A DNA stretch of 64,000 nucleotides from Dicyema japonicum (taxonomy: Eukaryota > Animalia > Dicyemida): NCBI GenBank assembly GCA_011109175.1, contig RDEW01000019.1:427570-491569 (forward strand). The letters are read 5' to 3'. Position 1 is the first letter of the stretch. Every line of letters starts with the position of its first letter. The position numbers were made by a program, and so were the translations under genes. The notes below the pieces were generated by a model. That model ran no database searches. It saw only the letters and a program-made list of their open reading frames with translations, and was not told where the DNA came from. Positions 39,113 through 52,160 of the stretch are shown here, piece after piece.

Positions 39113-40482
39113 TATCTCCTAATGTGCAGCAAAAATAAAAGAGAAAGATTTAGCTTGTTCCAGGCTTTTCCTGACTTTATTGACATCAAAAATTCAAAAT
39201 TTTGACATTGAAACAAGTTTTGTAAACTTTACTGTTCAACTTATGCAAGGAAAATCATATTCGACTAAGCTGTAGTGAAATAGTGACCTTATCGATTCTA
39301 GAGTCGGTAGATGGAGTGTGAAAATATATTTTACAGTGAAACACTATTAAAAATAGACACGTTAGTAATTTATTCAAATACTATAAAAATTAATAATTAA
39401 AAATCAATATAAATTTTATTTTTTTATTTTTAAACAATTTTAAATAACATGTCAATTTTTGACTTTATTGACAAAAATCTATCATTGTGATAGATAGGGT
39501 GATTGTGATAGACGTTAGTTTAGCCTTTTTTATTTACTCCACATAAATTATGTTCTTCGATTTAATCTTGAAGACTTTGTGGATTGAAAACATCCTTTCA
39601 AAGTTCAATCGGTTCTTTGTGATTGCTGCCGAATAGGCACCTGGCTTCTCTTGGGAGGAATGGCTACATGAAACCTCCTAGGAGTTTAAGAAGCTATGAG
39701 ATGAACTATTAAATGAATATAGTAAATGTAGTTAACATATTAGCCGACATATATATGTTAGTGCATTAATTTGTTATCCGACGAATAAAGGCTCTGAATC
39801 ATAGTCATAGTATGATCTTTTCCTTTCTTTAAATCCAATTTGATTATGTTCATGTGTGTCACCTTGTTTGTCAATTTGCTCGAACTTATATAATTAAAAT
39901 ATGTACAACCGCCTGTAATGAAAATTTGGCTAATAAAAATAAACAAAAAAGTATCAAATAAATCATCATTAATTATCCACAAATCGTTCAAATTTATATT
40001 ACAATTAACAACACCTGTTTTATCCCATTTGTCATCTAATTACTGGTGACCTTAAATCACTACACTTGTCGCGAAGAACATAATACTTATAGCTCCCCAT
40101 GTTCATCATTTATAACCTAGAAATTCGTGCTTTGAGTCATCATCAATAAATATATAACCCCCAGTCATGCGTTTGATAATTAAAAGTAAGAGATTTCATT
40201 AATCAACGATAAATCGAAATAAATAAGCATGTTTCAATCGAATTTGAATTTGATGTTTCCTTATTATAGACTAGGTGAGCAGTGCGTTTCACTCACAGCT
40301 ATCTAACTCCTGAAAGGGGTTTACTTTTCGCTTTACTTACTGTCATCTAATTCTAATGGAAAAAGCTTAATTTTATTTAATTTTATAGGAATATGTTTTG
40401 TTTGCTGTCAACACAGAGTTTTAGTATGTAGATCAAAATTAGTATTTTATTATATAGATAATATAATTAGTCAGGAAGATTC

Positions 40483-40765
40483 TACACTGCACTACCCGAA
40501 TTCTCAATTGACCAAAACATAATCCACGTACGAGTAGCCTGGAATGCCAACAACCTCCCCTGCCTACTTCACAAGACTGCCAGCGAATTCTGTACAATTT
40601 ATTGTGCTGGAAATCATTTGGACTCCTACTGGAAATCGGCCAATCAGCACCGAGGCGTTTGTTTCCCCTGAAAGCGGAGTTTGGCTAAACGCTATCCCCA
40701 ATGGAGTTCTGGACACATTAGGTTATGAGAAGTGACGGGAAACGACCGGACGGGATAACCAATAT
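40483..40765 (+). mobile_element. CRE-like fragment with multiple deletions (14335 family)
   Basis: Matches 14628-14870, then jumps to GAAGTGACGGGAAACGACCGGACGGGAT (15107-15135). Confidence 0.85.
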
Positions 40766-43700
40766 GAATATTTTTATTATGTTTCTTTATTTTGATTATT
40801 ACAGATGGCTTATTGGGCGCATTTCCTTAAAAATCATCAGGGGAAACGCGTTTTCAATTCTAAGAGCGATAAATATTTACTGAAAAAAACTTTTTGTGCT
40901 TGTTAAGTTTTTTTGTTGTAAATAAATAACTTTGCTAATTTATTTGTGTAAAATACAAAAATAATGAGCTGGATATTACATTTTAAATGAATAACTAATC
41001 AGAACCAGCAAAATAATTTTTCTTCCGATTCTGCCAAGAACAAGGGAATCCACGATGTTCATCTTTGACATTATCAGAAAATGAACGACCTATTATCAGA
41101 CATCCGTCCACCATAAACCTGTGCATGTAGAAGATCAGACACTTTAGCAAATCAGTGTGGGTACCTAAATGAGCACATGATGATAATGATGATAAGGAAA
41201 CCTGGATCACCTAATTAATAGTCCTGATGAGGAAAGAATAATCTTCGTTATGTTTCTCAATTATCCAATAAGTTTTGTTACTAACTAATTAATTCTATCC
41301 AGTTTCCATTACGCTCCCAGAGATCATTCAGATTCACCTAGCGTGGATTAGAAATCGTAACGGAGCTGGACAGGTTCAGAAAACAAAAATGAAAATACCA
41401 CCAAGCTCCAATTTAAATTTTTAAATAAATTTTATTAAAAATATTTTAAAATAATTTAAATGAATTAATTATTGAATAATTTAAAATAAATTCAAATGTA
41501 AATCATTTCACAATTTGAATAAATTGTGCTTAAATGATTTACTTTTTAATTTTCCTAATAATTTATTTTTCATTCCGACGGAAAGACTTGAGACTACAGC
41601 CTTCATCAGAAAGCCCTTTCCTTGTAACCCATCTTTCAGAAGAGTCAACAAAAAACAACGAAATCGATTTCCATTGTTTCTGCTATATACTGCGAACTAA
41701 GTTGGAAAGGAAGTTGCTCATGCTGAGGAATGTCGAACGTCTCTGCCGAAGAACACCTTAAAAAGAGTATTTGCAGAAGTTGGGAAAGGTGACTGGTATA
41801 CCAGTCATAAAGTCTGTAAATTATTAAAAGACTATGTCAACTAATTAACTCTGGTGGTGGTCTTGGGTGTTAAATAAATTCTTTTTTTCAAATATTTTGA
41901 TTTGTTCAATCATGTTAATTACACAAAATGGAGATTACAGGTCAACTAACAGTAGTACATATCCAAATTGGGAGTCACTTTAAATAAGTTTCTATTAGTG
42001 TGAATATTATTATATCGACAATTAAGTACTATTTGACCTATTTGTATAATTTAAAATTAATACTCCATAATCCTCAGTTTTTACATTTTAAAGACATCTC
42101 GGTAATATTAACTTTCCAATAACCAACGGTTTTAATTTTTCACCTTTAATACTAACATAAAATGTCTAACATTTTTTATTACCGACAATTTTCATCTTTA
42201 GTGACGAATTGGTATTTTTTGAATTCTTTTTAAAAGGCAAGCTTCATCACAATTAAAAAAAATTTTCATATTAAACAAGTTCCAAAATTTGTCATAGTTT
42301 TTGTAAATTTTTTTTATTGAATTTTAGTTGCTGGAATTCTTTTAACCAGAAATTGTTTTAAAAGATAATTCACGACGGTTCTTAAAACGGTCGAGCCAAT
42401 CATTTGAGTTTTTGAAATTTTTAAAATTAATCCGAGTTTTGATATTTCTGTAAATGTTTTCAATTAAATATCTGGAAACTGAATCAAATCTTTGTCTAAT
42501 CTCCATTTTATTCTAGATGCTGTTCCTTACCAAACTTACATCTTAGATATTTCCTTTTCGGACATTCAACAGGAATATTACTGACCCCACAAAAACCTGT
42601 TAAATCTAAAACCCTTGTATATTTCTGTGCCAGATATCAAGTTCGGCAGACAAATACTCATCGCCGACTCAAAGTTGTTTTAGACACGGGAGATCAACTG
42701 TTGATCTCGTTTGGAGTCATCGTTGACTTACGGCTAAATGTTAAGGCGCAGAAAAGTGATGTACATTTTGGAAGTTGATGATAATTAAAAATTAACAATG
42801 AAAAAACTGATCTGACATCGATGCTTGATGAAAAATGGAGATTCATTTAAAAAATTCGGCTTGCTTCTGGAAAATGCTGAGGATATCGTTCGCAGAAAAA
42901 TATTTGTGGGAAAATGAAAACAGCGGACAATCTCGATAAATTTCTGAAGCGTGAGGATTTACTAACAAAAATCATTTTGTCCTGATGATATCTTTCATGA
43001 GGTTGAAAATATAGAAAGCAGATGAAGATCGTATAAAAAGTCATATTTATTATTTATAGACAAAAATAAAATTATTTGATATTTTTAAGTTTGGAAAAAT
43101 CGATCAAGGCCAACCAATGGACCGTGACATATTATAAAGCCTTTTCACCAGAGACATACTATTTATAGCTCAGCATAGAAAGACACATACTTTTAGAGTA
43201 AAAAACAATTATGCTAACAAATCGTTGAAAGAGAGGAGGGAACAAGAAATGTTCTAACTTCATTTTTTCCTTTTTGTAAGACCTAGAAGTTCCGTAGTGA
43301 AACATTCACTGATGACATTGTCACTTGCTAAACCAAGGCAATATATAATTTTGAAAAGGAGTATACACCATCGAGATTCAAATCCAGGACTATCAGAGAT
43401 TTGTTAAGCACATATGAGACTGCTATCCCGAGTGAGACAAATAAATGATAAATACATTACATTATTCACATAGTCTCGCAGTTAATAATGGCCTTCGCTC
43501 CCATTAAGATTGATTTTTTTACTATGCCGGTGAATCAAATCGATTTGTTCTGCCGAATTGAATCTTTTCTGAAATTAATAAGCAAATTAACTATCTCATC
43601 CAAAAACACAAGAGAAAAAATTCGCTTTTAATTTATATTCAACCCTCAGAAAGATTCACTCAAGACAGATGTTCTCACCAGTCTGCGATACCACTGGTCT

Positions 43701-44384
43701 CTCTTAGAACACATATGTGATGTGCCTACGAGACTAAGCTAACTTACGTTTCACTATGAAAAGATCGACCGTCTTCTTATTACCTAAAGGCCTCCGCTCT
43801 TAAGTCGGCAACTTCTTTAGTAATCTACAATCCATAAATGCAAACTTGTCCTAACTGACTAAGGAAATCCCGTTTCGGGTAAAGACGGCTACTTTCTTTC
43901 CTTTATGACCGTCATGGACTATTATGTCTACACACTCAAATTACAGACACCTACCTAATGACTTTCCCCAATTACCTAATGTATACTCAAGACTATTAAT
44001 TTTAACAATTATCACATTGAAACTGACAATTCTAATTGTAAGTGAAAAACCAAAGTCGATGTTTCTAAGTTGTTTCTTTGAATATGGAAAACATATTTGT
44101 ACTTAATATTATTCTAATTTTTTTTATAAAAGACAATTATTTGACACAGAAACAAATGATAATTGAGGAAGCCTGCTGCGTGGATCGCGAACGAATTCTC
44201 TCGGAGTATGGTCATTCAAATCTTTTGTCTCATCGAGAACCATTCTAGTTGATCTCTTTTTTCTGGAAAGCATTCCTTCGAGCTCGCGCAAAATTCTAAT
44301 TAGAAAAAAATCGAATTCCACAGATAAGTTTATTGTTTTCGACATACTCATCATTGTATTTGTTTCTGCTGGGACACAACTGGG

Positions 44385-44930
44385 AAAAGCTTCTTTAAAT
44401 TAAATTTATTGAACCAGAAAACCACCGTCATATTTCTAAAATAAACAAAATTCAGGTGATCCCTGCCTCTCTCAACAGTCTTTGCATCTTTTCTAAGAGT
44501 TTCGACTGCGTTTTTGCGCATTTCCGACATGAACGGGGTCCGCATACTCGAGTCGCCTCTATCATATTTTCAAGGTTACTGGGAAGAATTTCCACATGGA
44601 AAGATTTCCTTAGTAGGTTTGCTGTCTTCACTTGAATGTTGCAGATCTTGTCTAAATTCGTTGCGGCAAGGTTAGATCCCCAGACATTACATGCGTATGT
44701 TATTGGACAGTCGATGAAATGTTTGTATATGAATCCAGTCCACTTAGATTTTTTTTGTCTCCTAGGTTTTTTCAAGAACGCCTTCAGGAAGTTGATTTTC
44801 TTCGTACAAGTCAATAACATATTTTCGACATGTTTTGTAAAAGTTAAGAAGGTGTCAAAGGTAACTCTTAGGATTTTCTGGAATTTGTTTTGCGGGATCA
44901 AACCAGCGTGTCAAATTCGTATGGTTCAAT
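44385..44930 (-). mobile_element. LINE 3' end (RT thumb, stop, short 3'UTR, AATAAA-TTTAA tail)
   Basis: LRVTFDTFLTFTKHV..IYKHFI..ITYACNVWG..QRLLREAGIT-stop, then TGGTTCAATAAATTTAATTT. Confidence 0.8.
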
Positions 44931-44999
44931 ATTAATTAATCCTATATAATAGTTAGGGACATTGCGTATTCATTTATTGCGCGAAATAAGTTCACAATT

Positions 45000-46960
45000 T
45001 AACTTTGTTTTTGAAAGCATGGTCATTCTCTTCTTAACATTTTCAAGTATGGACTCCATAACTTTGCTTTTAAGAACATTACTTCCCTCATCTTCAAAAA
45101 CACACAAATATCGATATCTACTGACTCCTTCCAGAGTCTCACAACATGATAACGATTAACATTAGAAAGTGACTTTTCCGAATTCATCTCCAAGCCGGCA
45201 ACATAAAAGAAATCGCGAACAACTTTCATCATTTTAATAACAGTATCTTCTTTTAGCCCAAATATCTTTAGGTCATCAATGAATAACAAATGATTTGTAG
45301 AATAAGTCAGTGTATTAGGATCCTCCTGATTAATTTGGAGTCTTGGGAACATAAAGTTAAGGGTCCTGCTCAAGGGTTCCATTACCATAACAAATAGTTG
45401 AGGGGATAATGAATCTCCTTGCAAAATTCCCCGTCCCAGTTTTACAGAACCAATTCTTCTTCCATCTAAGTGGAGATTTACAGTCCACTTCTTGACTATG
45501 GTCTTTACAAAGTTTACAATCCAACGGGGTATTCCTGAGCAGTCCAATACATGAAAATAAAAATTCATGGTCAACAGAATCAAAGGCCTTCTTCACATCC
45601 ACCCAAGCAGAATAAAGGGCGTTTCCATACTCCTTATTTAAGCATTGATTAATAAAGGCCTGTTCCTTAGCGCCCTGACAATGTTTCTTCGTTCCCAGCT
45701 GATTGTCAGATAATAGCCCAAACTAATCCACAAAATCTGAGAGTTTGGAATTAACACATTTGGTAATAAGTTTATATAAAGTTGGCATAACACGTGATAG
45801 GACGTAAGTCATTAGGAGTTTCACAATCATCCTTTTTAGGAATTAAATAGGTTACTCCAGTATAAAACCAACTTTCAGGCATATATTCCCCATTAATAAT
45901 TCGGTTAATCTCAAGTACATAAAAAGCCATGTAAAGATTACATTTTCTTAATAAAGAAGTTATATTGAGCCATCGCATCCACACGCCTTCCAATCAGGGA
46001 GCCATTTAATAACATCCAGGATAAACTCATTTGTGAACTCTGGCAACATGCCTTCAATACCAGTATTTACTTTACCCACACTGTCATATGGCACGTTCAT
46101 CTCTTTTCTTTTTAGACCACACTTTTTCCCAAACGCAACCTCCCCCTTTTGGGCCCTTTTGTATCCATAGGCACAAAGAACATCCATAACCTTTTGTTTT
46201 TCATACACAGGGAGAGCTTGTCTGGAAAAGCTATTGACAAGTTCTAGTTCTCCCATCAGCTTTGAGTTTTTCTTTTAAGTGTTCTCCAACCACGTACTTT
46301 GCGGTTTAACCTTCGCAGTTAAAGTCATATAAGCACACTGTGCAGCATATAGAATATCAGTAATTTGATTGATATCTTGAGGCGGATTATCTTTCGTAAT
46401 ATAATATATTGCAGAATTTAGTCCCGACAAAACATTAACTCTGACATACTTTCTCTGAATTTTGGGTGTTGGTTTTCGAGTATCCCTCGGAATTGACTTG
46501 ATTTTCTCAATTTGTACTTTTAGTTCCTCAAGGCAATTTCTGAAGGTGGAAATTTCCACATTAGTATTATTTTGCACTTTGAAACAGTCGCCTCCTTTTA
46601 CATTGTTATTCCGATTTTCAGGTTTCAGCATCTTTTTTAGTTGACATAGACTGGAACTCTTGGAGTACTTTTCATTGAACTTTTTGAGTACGAGGTTCCA
46701 GCCACCTCTAGGTATCCTTCCAAATCTTTGTTTCGTGGCAAGAAAAAATCTGAGATACCCACTCAGCTTCAGAGACACAGTGGACCTCTTCAATAATGGC
46801 AGATAATGAATGCAAGTTGGTTTTGGCACAATATTCCCAGCGATGTTGATATTAGTTCTTGTGACATTATCCAGCCCCACAGACGACGGTCCTGCTTCTA
46901 CTAAACTATCTTCTTTATTTGATTTTGCCGGAAGGCCCATAGGATTCGATTTCTCGTATG
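45000..46960 (-). mobile_element. R4/Dong-like (R2-superfamily) non-LTR retrotransposon, N-terminus plus RT, 3'-truncated
   Basis: WKACGCDG, WFYTGVTYLIPKK..DLRPITC, NQLGT..QGAKEQAF, AWVDVKKAFDSVDH, RGILQGDSLSPQLFV, NHLLFIDDLK, YRYL; upstream 221-codon ORF (46275-46940). Confidence 0.9.
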
Positions 46961-47039
46961 ATTAGAAACGGACATGTTAACACCACAACAAATTAATAAA
47001 TTATTTGGAACAATATTCAATTGTTTTTTATTTGTGGAT

Positions 47040-47135
47040 ATATTTATTCGTGAAGAGTGTTTCCCTGTGTTTGTTCACAAAAAATTGTTTCTTGCAGGTT
47101 ACGGGTAACTCACATAATTTACACAAAAGCATTCN
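47040..47135 (-). mobile_element. CGGBP1/BED-type zinc-finger fragment of a hAT-like transposase
   Basis: LLCKLCELPVTCKKQFFVNKHRET fits CxxC-x12-H-x3-T(x)H with the last His lost. Confidence 0.45.
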
Positions 47136-47139
47136 GGAA

Positions 47140-47620
47140 GTATCACGCCGTGTTACAAAGGAACAGTCTCGGAGAAGTGTATAAGGACAGATTTCTGATC
47201 CCTCAAGCGTGGCTTCCCATGCAATTTGATTCGTCCCGCTTTTCCTTACTTTGGAATTCAAGTCTCCAGTTATAAAGAGCATGTATGAGCTAGACAGGGA
47301 AGAGTAAGCAGATTATAAGGACGAGTAGAAATTTTCAAATTTTACTGTGGTCGATGTATATCGATGGAGTAATATTACGGTTGGTTCCGTGGGGTAGTTA
47401 AAGATGGCAATCCTGTCGCGTCCATGCATATAGCGAACTCCATCCAATCATTTCGGCAGCCTGACGACGATAGGAGCAGTCGATACACGTTCACAACTTT
47501 AGTCTCCTGGAGACAGCATACAAATATTCCGAATTGTTGGAGGTCAGGAAAAAGTGTTGTCTTTTTACGTATGATGTGACTCCTCTCACATTTAATGATC
47601 CAATGTAAAATAGGGAAGAT
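47140..47620 (-). mobile_element. RTE-type APE endonuclease fragments
   Basis: GIFVCCLQETK and ITGDLNSKV motifs. Confidence 0.65.
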
Positions 47621-48079
47621 TGAGTGCATGAAAAAGACATTTGTGCAAGAGAGACACGTCACCACCAAAACCAAATGATGATATCTTCAGTAACAAAGCC
47701 ATTTATTGCATCCATCCTTGAAATCCATTCAAAAAGTGAATTATCAAGTTGATGATATTTACCACCTGGCTGTCTAGACATGTAAATCAGTGTTCATATT
47801 TTTCCCATTTTTGAGGATTTTTAAGAATTTCTAAAAAAAAACAAGTAAAGATTTTTTTGGTCGAGAATGGCGAAAAGGATGGCTGTAAAGCATGGCTCAA
47901 GTGAACCCCTTTTAGGGCTACGCGAAGAAGCTTTTAACTAACTAAGAATTTTTATTTAGAAGCTTTGAAGCTGATAATTTCGCTTCAATCATTGATCAGG
48001 AAATGGGAGAATACCAAACTGGATGACATGTTTGATTATCACATTATGGATATGTTAATACTTAATAGTTACCCTTAGG

Positions 48080-48960
48080 TCAGCATTGTTAGAACCTCTT
48101 TGTGGTCTAAAAACCAGAGATGTATCTTCCCCATTAGATAATTTGACAAGAGGGAAAAGCTGGAGCCCTCTTCCAACATGTTTCCATAATTTTATCTCTT
48201 CTGAGAGAATTGAATGCATTCGTTATGTCCAACTTGATTCCAATGCATTCTTTTGCCACATTTTTATGTGTGAAGAAACGCCTTGCTGTATGAACCGTAG
48301 CCTCACATCCGTGCTGGATACTAACACCCATTTGTTTAGGAAAAAACTCTTTTCCAAGTTGTAGGCTCAACAGGGTTGATTCTAGCTTTGCTGCAAGTCT
48401 TCTGAAATAGTTTCCGACCGCAATGGGGCGGATTCCTCCATTGAGTTTTTTGAAAGCAAGTAGCCTTGCGGAGAAGAGCAATTCTATGGCATACTCTGAG
48501 ATGTCTCCGTTAACCATTTTTCTGATTAGACCCGTAATTGATTTGACAAGACAGCGTCCAGCATCCAAGGTGTAAGAAGACGTAACGTCCTTAATATGGC
48601 CAGGACGTAACCCTTCCAAGCCTCCATTGCTGCTAGCGGCAAATGAAGTTATTCGGTGGCGCACTTCAGATTCTGTAATGATAATCTCCGAGGATCCTAC
48701 GAGATTCAAAAACTTTTCATAGTCAGTCGGTGCTTCAGTATTAAGGTATTTAGGACCTCGGGGGTACAAGACAATACTGTATCATCGGACGTGACAACCC
48801 GTACGGCTGCCCGCACGTCGCCCTCCAGAAGTTTCCGGTTTACTCTCTCCTTTAGTTTATTTGGAGCATCTTTTGTGTATGCTCCTATGGTTTTGAGCTC
48901 ATTGACAATAAATGGCTGTTCAAGTATTGCGTGTATGTTATGATAGCTAAAATTCATTAT
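48080..48960 (-). mobile_element. CRE-like RT, N-terminal half
   Basis: GDVRAAVRVV, GGLEGLRPGHIKD, GGIRPIAVGNYFRRLAAK, QMGVSIQHGCEATVH, KLDITNAFNSLRRD. Confidence 0.92.
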
Positions 48961-49329
48961 GTTTCGATTCAGTTTCCCGGATTAGTTGAGTATTGAATTT
49001 GTTTCATATTACTCATGAATGCGGTCCCATAAATACTGTGAGCTATCCTTTACGATTATGCTAGGACACGAGGGAGGAACACTGGCATATATGAAATCAC
49101 TGTTGGAACGCATCGTGATCACTTTATAATTAGTTAGGTTTTACTGATGTTTTGAGTTGTTAAATAAATATTATTCCCCATATTTTTAATATTTAATAGA
49201 AAAATCTTCATGGTTGAGTAAAGATATACAAATTACAGCATTTCTATGTACTTTTTAGTGAACATGGATACAAAGCCATCCTACTTATATAACATCAGGC
49301 GAAATTACTAGGATATATCTGGGAAACAG

Positions 49330-49720
49330 ATCGAATGTTTGCAAGGCAGACTCTTCCTTTCTGGCCTTAAAAATTAAACGACCAGATTTAAATTTCCGTC
49401 TAAAGTTTTCGAAGTAAGATCCTTCCTAGGAACGGAGTCGAAAGTTTTGCTGATGTCAACTGTGGAAAATAGTCTACTGCGTCTAGACTTGTGAGAAAGC
49501 CAATGCGAGTAAATTCTCTCAGATAGAAAACTCGTAGTCGACCAATCATTTTTTGTTTAAAATTTTAGGGATAATAAGTCTATTGTTGAGAACAATCTAT
49601 TTTTAAGCCCAATGCTGTAGATCCCAGTGCCAGGCCGGCACGAAAAATAACCATTTGCTCTCCCACACTCCACTGGATGGGTGTCCATAACTGCAAGATG
49701 GACGTCTTTTAACCTTTATA
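49330..49720 (-). mobile_element. Degenerate non-LTR RT fragment
   Basis: STVDISKTFDSVPRKDL on the minus strand (RT domain 3). Confidence 0.55.
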
Positions 49721-49949
49721 TTGATTCCTGGTGGACTCTGTTTTTTTAGACGTAGAAATTAAATGCACTTAATTATTTGTTTACCATAACTTCTTTCTAT
49801 GTGTATCTGGGTTTAATAAATAAATAAATGATATTATTAATAAATTGACCACTCAATATGAATTAATTTTACCGCCAATTAATATAATTCTAAATTATAA
49901 AAATAACAACATTGTAATGTGTTTGAAACTTTTCAGCATAATAATGGAT

Positions 49950-51401
49950 CTCTTTCATATTGGATAGTAAACAGATATTCTCTATTTTCATAACAATGTT
50001 ATGAGAAATAAACGTGTCAATCCAATTCATGTGCTATTATAAAAATAAGGATTAACGATATATCAATGCAATATTAGCGCATTCCCACACAGCCCAGAGC
50101 CAAATTCGTTCATCTGTGATCGCATTCAATAAATTTATCGTTGGCTTCATTGACCTTAATATAGAAAATTAAAAATAATACATATCGAAATCAAAGTCGT
50201 ACTCAAAATCATGATATTTAATAAACTGAAATATTTTTTCTAGAATGGGTTCGTATGGATTCAAATCGCTAAAATCTGAATTCATAAAAATAGGGAAAAT
50301 ATCATTTGGATCAATTAATATCTGGCATAGACAACTTAAAATAGAATAGCCGAAAAATTAGGATAGTTAGAGTAGTCCATATTTCTTTTCAATAAAACAA
50401 AAATTTTACAATATAAAATTTATTAGACCATAGCTGATATTAAATATCTGGTGTTTAAGCTATAGCTATATTCTCGACAATTTTAATTACGGCAACTAAT
50501 ATATATTTGAAATGACATTGAGATACATTATATCTTTCGAAAAAATAATAAATATAATGAATTCCATTATAATCGAGAAACAAATTCATATTCTTTTCAT
50601 TTTCGTCTAAATAAAATATATTTTAAATACTATAAGAAAATTCAACAAAAAAAATTTGCCTGTAATACTTTGATCTCCTGTTTTAAGATGTTCAAGACAT
50701 AACTAAAATTATATTGTCATATGAACTTCGACAAGTCTTTCAGAATAGGCAATATAGGCTAGAAGGTCTGTACTCTTATTTTTTATGATTAATTTAATTT
50801 CATGTGAATTAAAGGTATACCAGCATTTAAGATTTATCAATATAATTGATAGTGCAGGTAACTAAAATAAGAATTAACTAACAAAAGATATTTTCTGCGG
50901 TTTAAATTTTAGTACATGCTTAATACAATTGTATATATCAGATATCAATATATTGTATAATTCATTGTCATTGGATATAATATCAAGAAAAACATCTAAA
51001 ATAAAGCTATGGATGATTTTTACTAATACCAACTAGTACCATATGAAATAGAATTTTGTCTGATTATTTTGAATATAATAATCTTGAAAAATCTATTAAC
51101 ATACAGGTACCGATAAATCAACTAAATTTATATTTTAAAATACTTTCAACAATGGTTTTACTAAATTATTTCCAATTTCCATTTCACTATGAATAATCTT
51201 TCGAATAGCATAGGACAAAAGGTTGAATTTATTATGCAAGTGTTGAGTAAACGAGGCTAAGTTATTTATAATTGATTGCAGATCAATCTATATTCTTTTA
51301 TAAAATATACAGAATTGCTTATACTTTTACTGAAATCTAAAACTTTGCTATGGTGAAATTTTACAAATCCTTTTTTTCTTATTCGTCTAAATTTATTAAA
51401 A
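49950..51401 (-). pseudogene. Probable degenerate 3' continuation of the LRR-like gene
   Basis: Stop-riddled coding-like remnants of similar composition (e.g. LIDPNDIFPIFMNSDFSDLNPYEPILEKIFQFIKY); total length ~2.2 kb, similar to the duplicated paralogs. Confidence 0.4.
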
Positions 51402-52160
51402 TCATAACTTTGATAACTTTTTTAATACTTTTCCTTTAATAAAATATCCAGTTAAATTTACGCAAGTTAGATTATTGGCTTTTTTGAATATAGAAAAGAA
51501 ATTAAAGTCATATCCTTTCAAATTCCTATCACTTGTATGAATGAAATATCTAAATTTAATGTAAATAAACCTTAAAGAGTCTGGATTGTTAAAGCTTTCT
51601 GTAAATTCCTCAAAATCAGTAATTAAGACATTGTGAAAATTTATGCGTTCCAGTTTTTCAATTATTTTTAGTGTATTTCTATAAATAGTCGTACCGCTAT
51701 TGAGTCCAAGTAGGTTGAGAATCCTTATTTTTCTAAAACCAGTCATAAATAGCTGATGTAGCAAATCTGGGTCATCATACTCCAATAGTGTAAATGATTT
51801 GATCTCATTCGGAAAAAATGGAAGAAAAAGATTCTTTTCTGATGAAATAATCCTTCTTATTGTAATATTTGATAAGTTTGGATAAAATTGAATCATCTTA
51901 ACAACGTCCATAACTTCAACATCTTCACGAGTCAATTCAAGGCAAAAAATGTCTTTCTGTACTTCTTCTGGAATCCTATAAAAATTTGAAAATGTAAAAG
52001 ATTGATCTTTCTCAGCACGTGAATTCAAATATTTAAGTTCATTGAGGATTCGATTGGAAAACATTTTTTTAGATTTGTTGTTTAATTTTATATATTTTTG
52101 TCCATTAAAGTGTCTTCGAATATTATTAATGCAAAATGCATATAATGATGGTGTATCCAT
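51402..52160 (-). CDS. 252-aa ORF: N-terminal BC-box-like motif, F-box/Cul2-box-like motif and LRR-like repeats; probably the open 5' part of a decayed longer gene
   Basis: MDTP-SLYAFCINNI fits (S/T/P)LxxxCxxxI; IPEEVQKDIF at residues 63-72; repeats LSNITIRRI, IRILNLLGL, LERINFHNV, LTCVNLTGY; AT-rich upstream region. Confidence 0.7.
   Translation of the reverse strand: MDTPSLYAFCINNIRRHFNGQKYIKLNNKSKKMFSNRILNELKYLNSRAEKDQSFTFSNFYRIPEEVQKDIFCLELTREDVEVMDVVKMIQFYPNLSNITIRRIISSEKNLFLPFFPNEIKSFTLLEYDDPDLLHQLFMTGFRKIRILNLLGLNSGTTIYRNTLKIIEKLERINFHNVLITDFEEFTESFNNPDSLRFIYIKFRYFIHTSDRNLKGYDFNFFSIFKKANNLTCVNLTGYFIKGKVLKKLSKL

Noticed and set aside
39758-39991. IFITGGC resembling a PIF1-type Walker A lead-in
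   Set aside because: The GKS/T is missing and no other helicase motifs follow.
41205-41260. CTGATGA hammerhead-like core (also 62090-62135)
   Set aside because: No correctly placed GAAA with stems I-III could be built.
43362-43435. tRNA-like A/B-box remnant on the minus strand
   Set aside because: T-arm and acceptor stems do not pair; at most a decayed SINE head.
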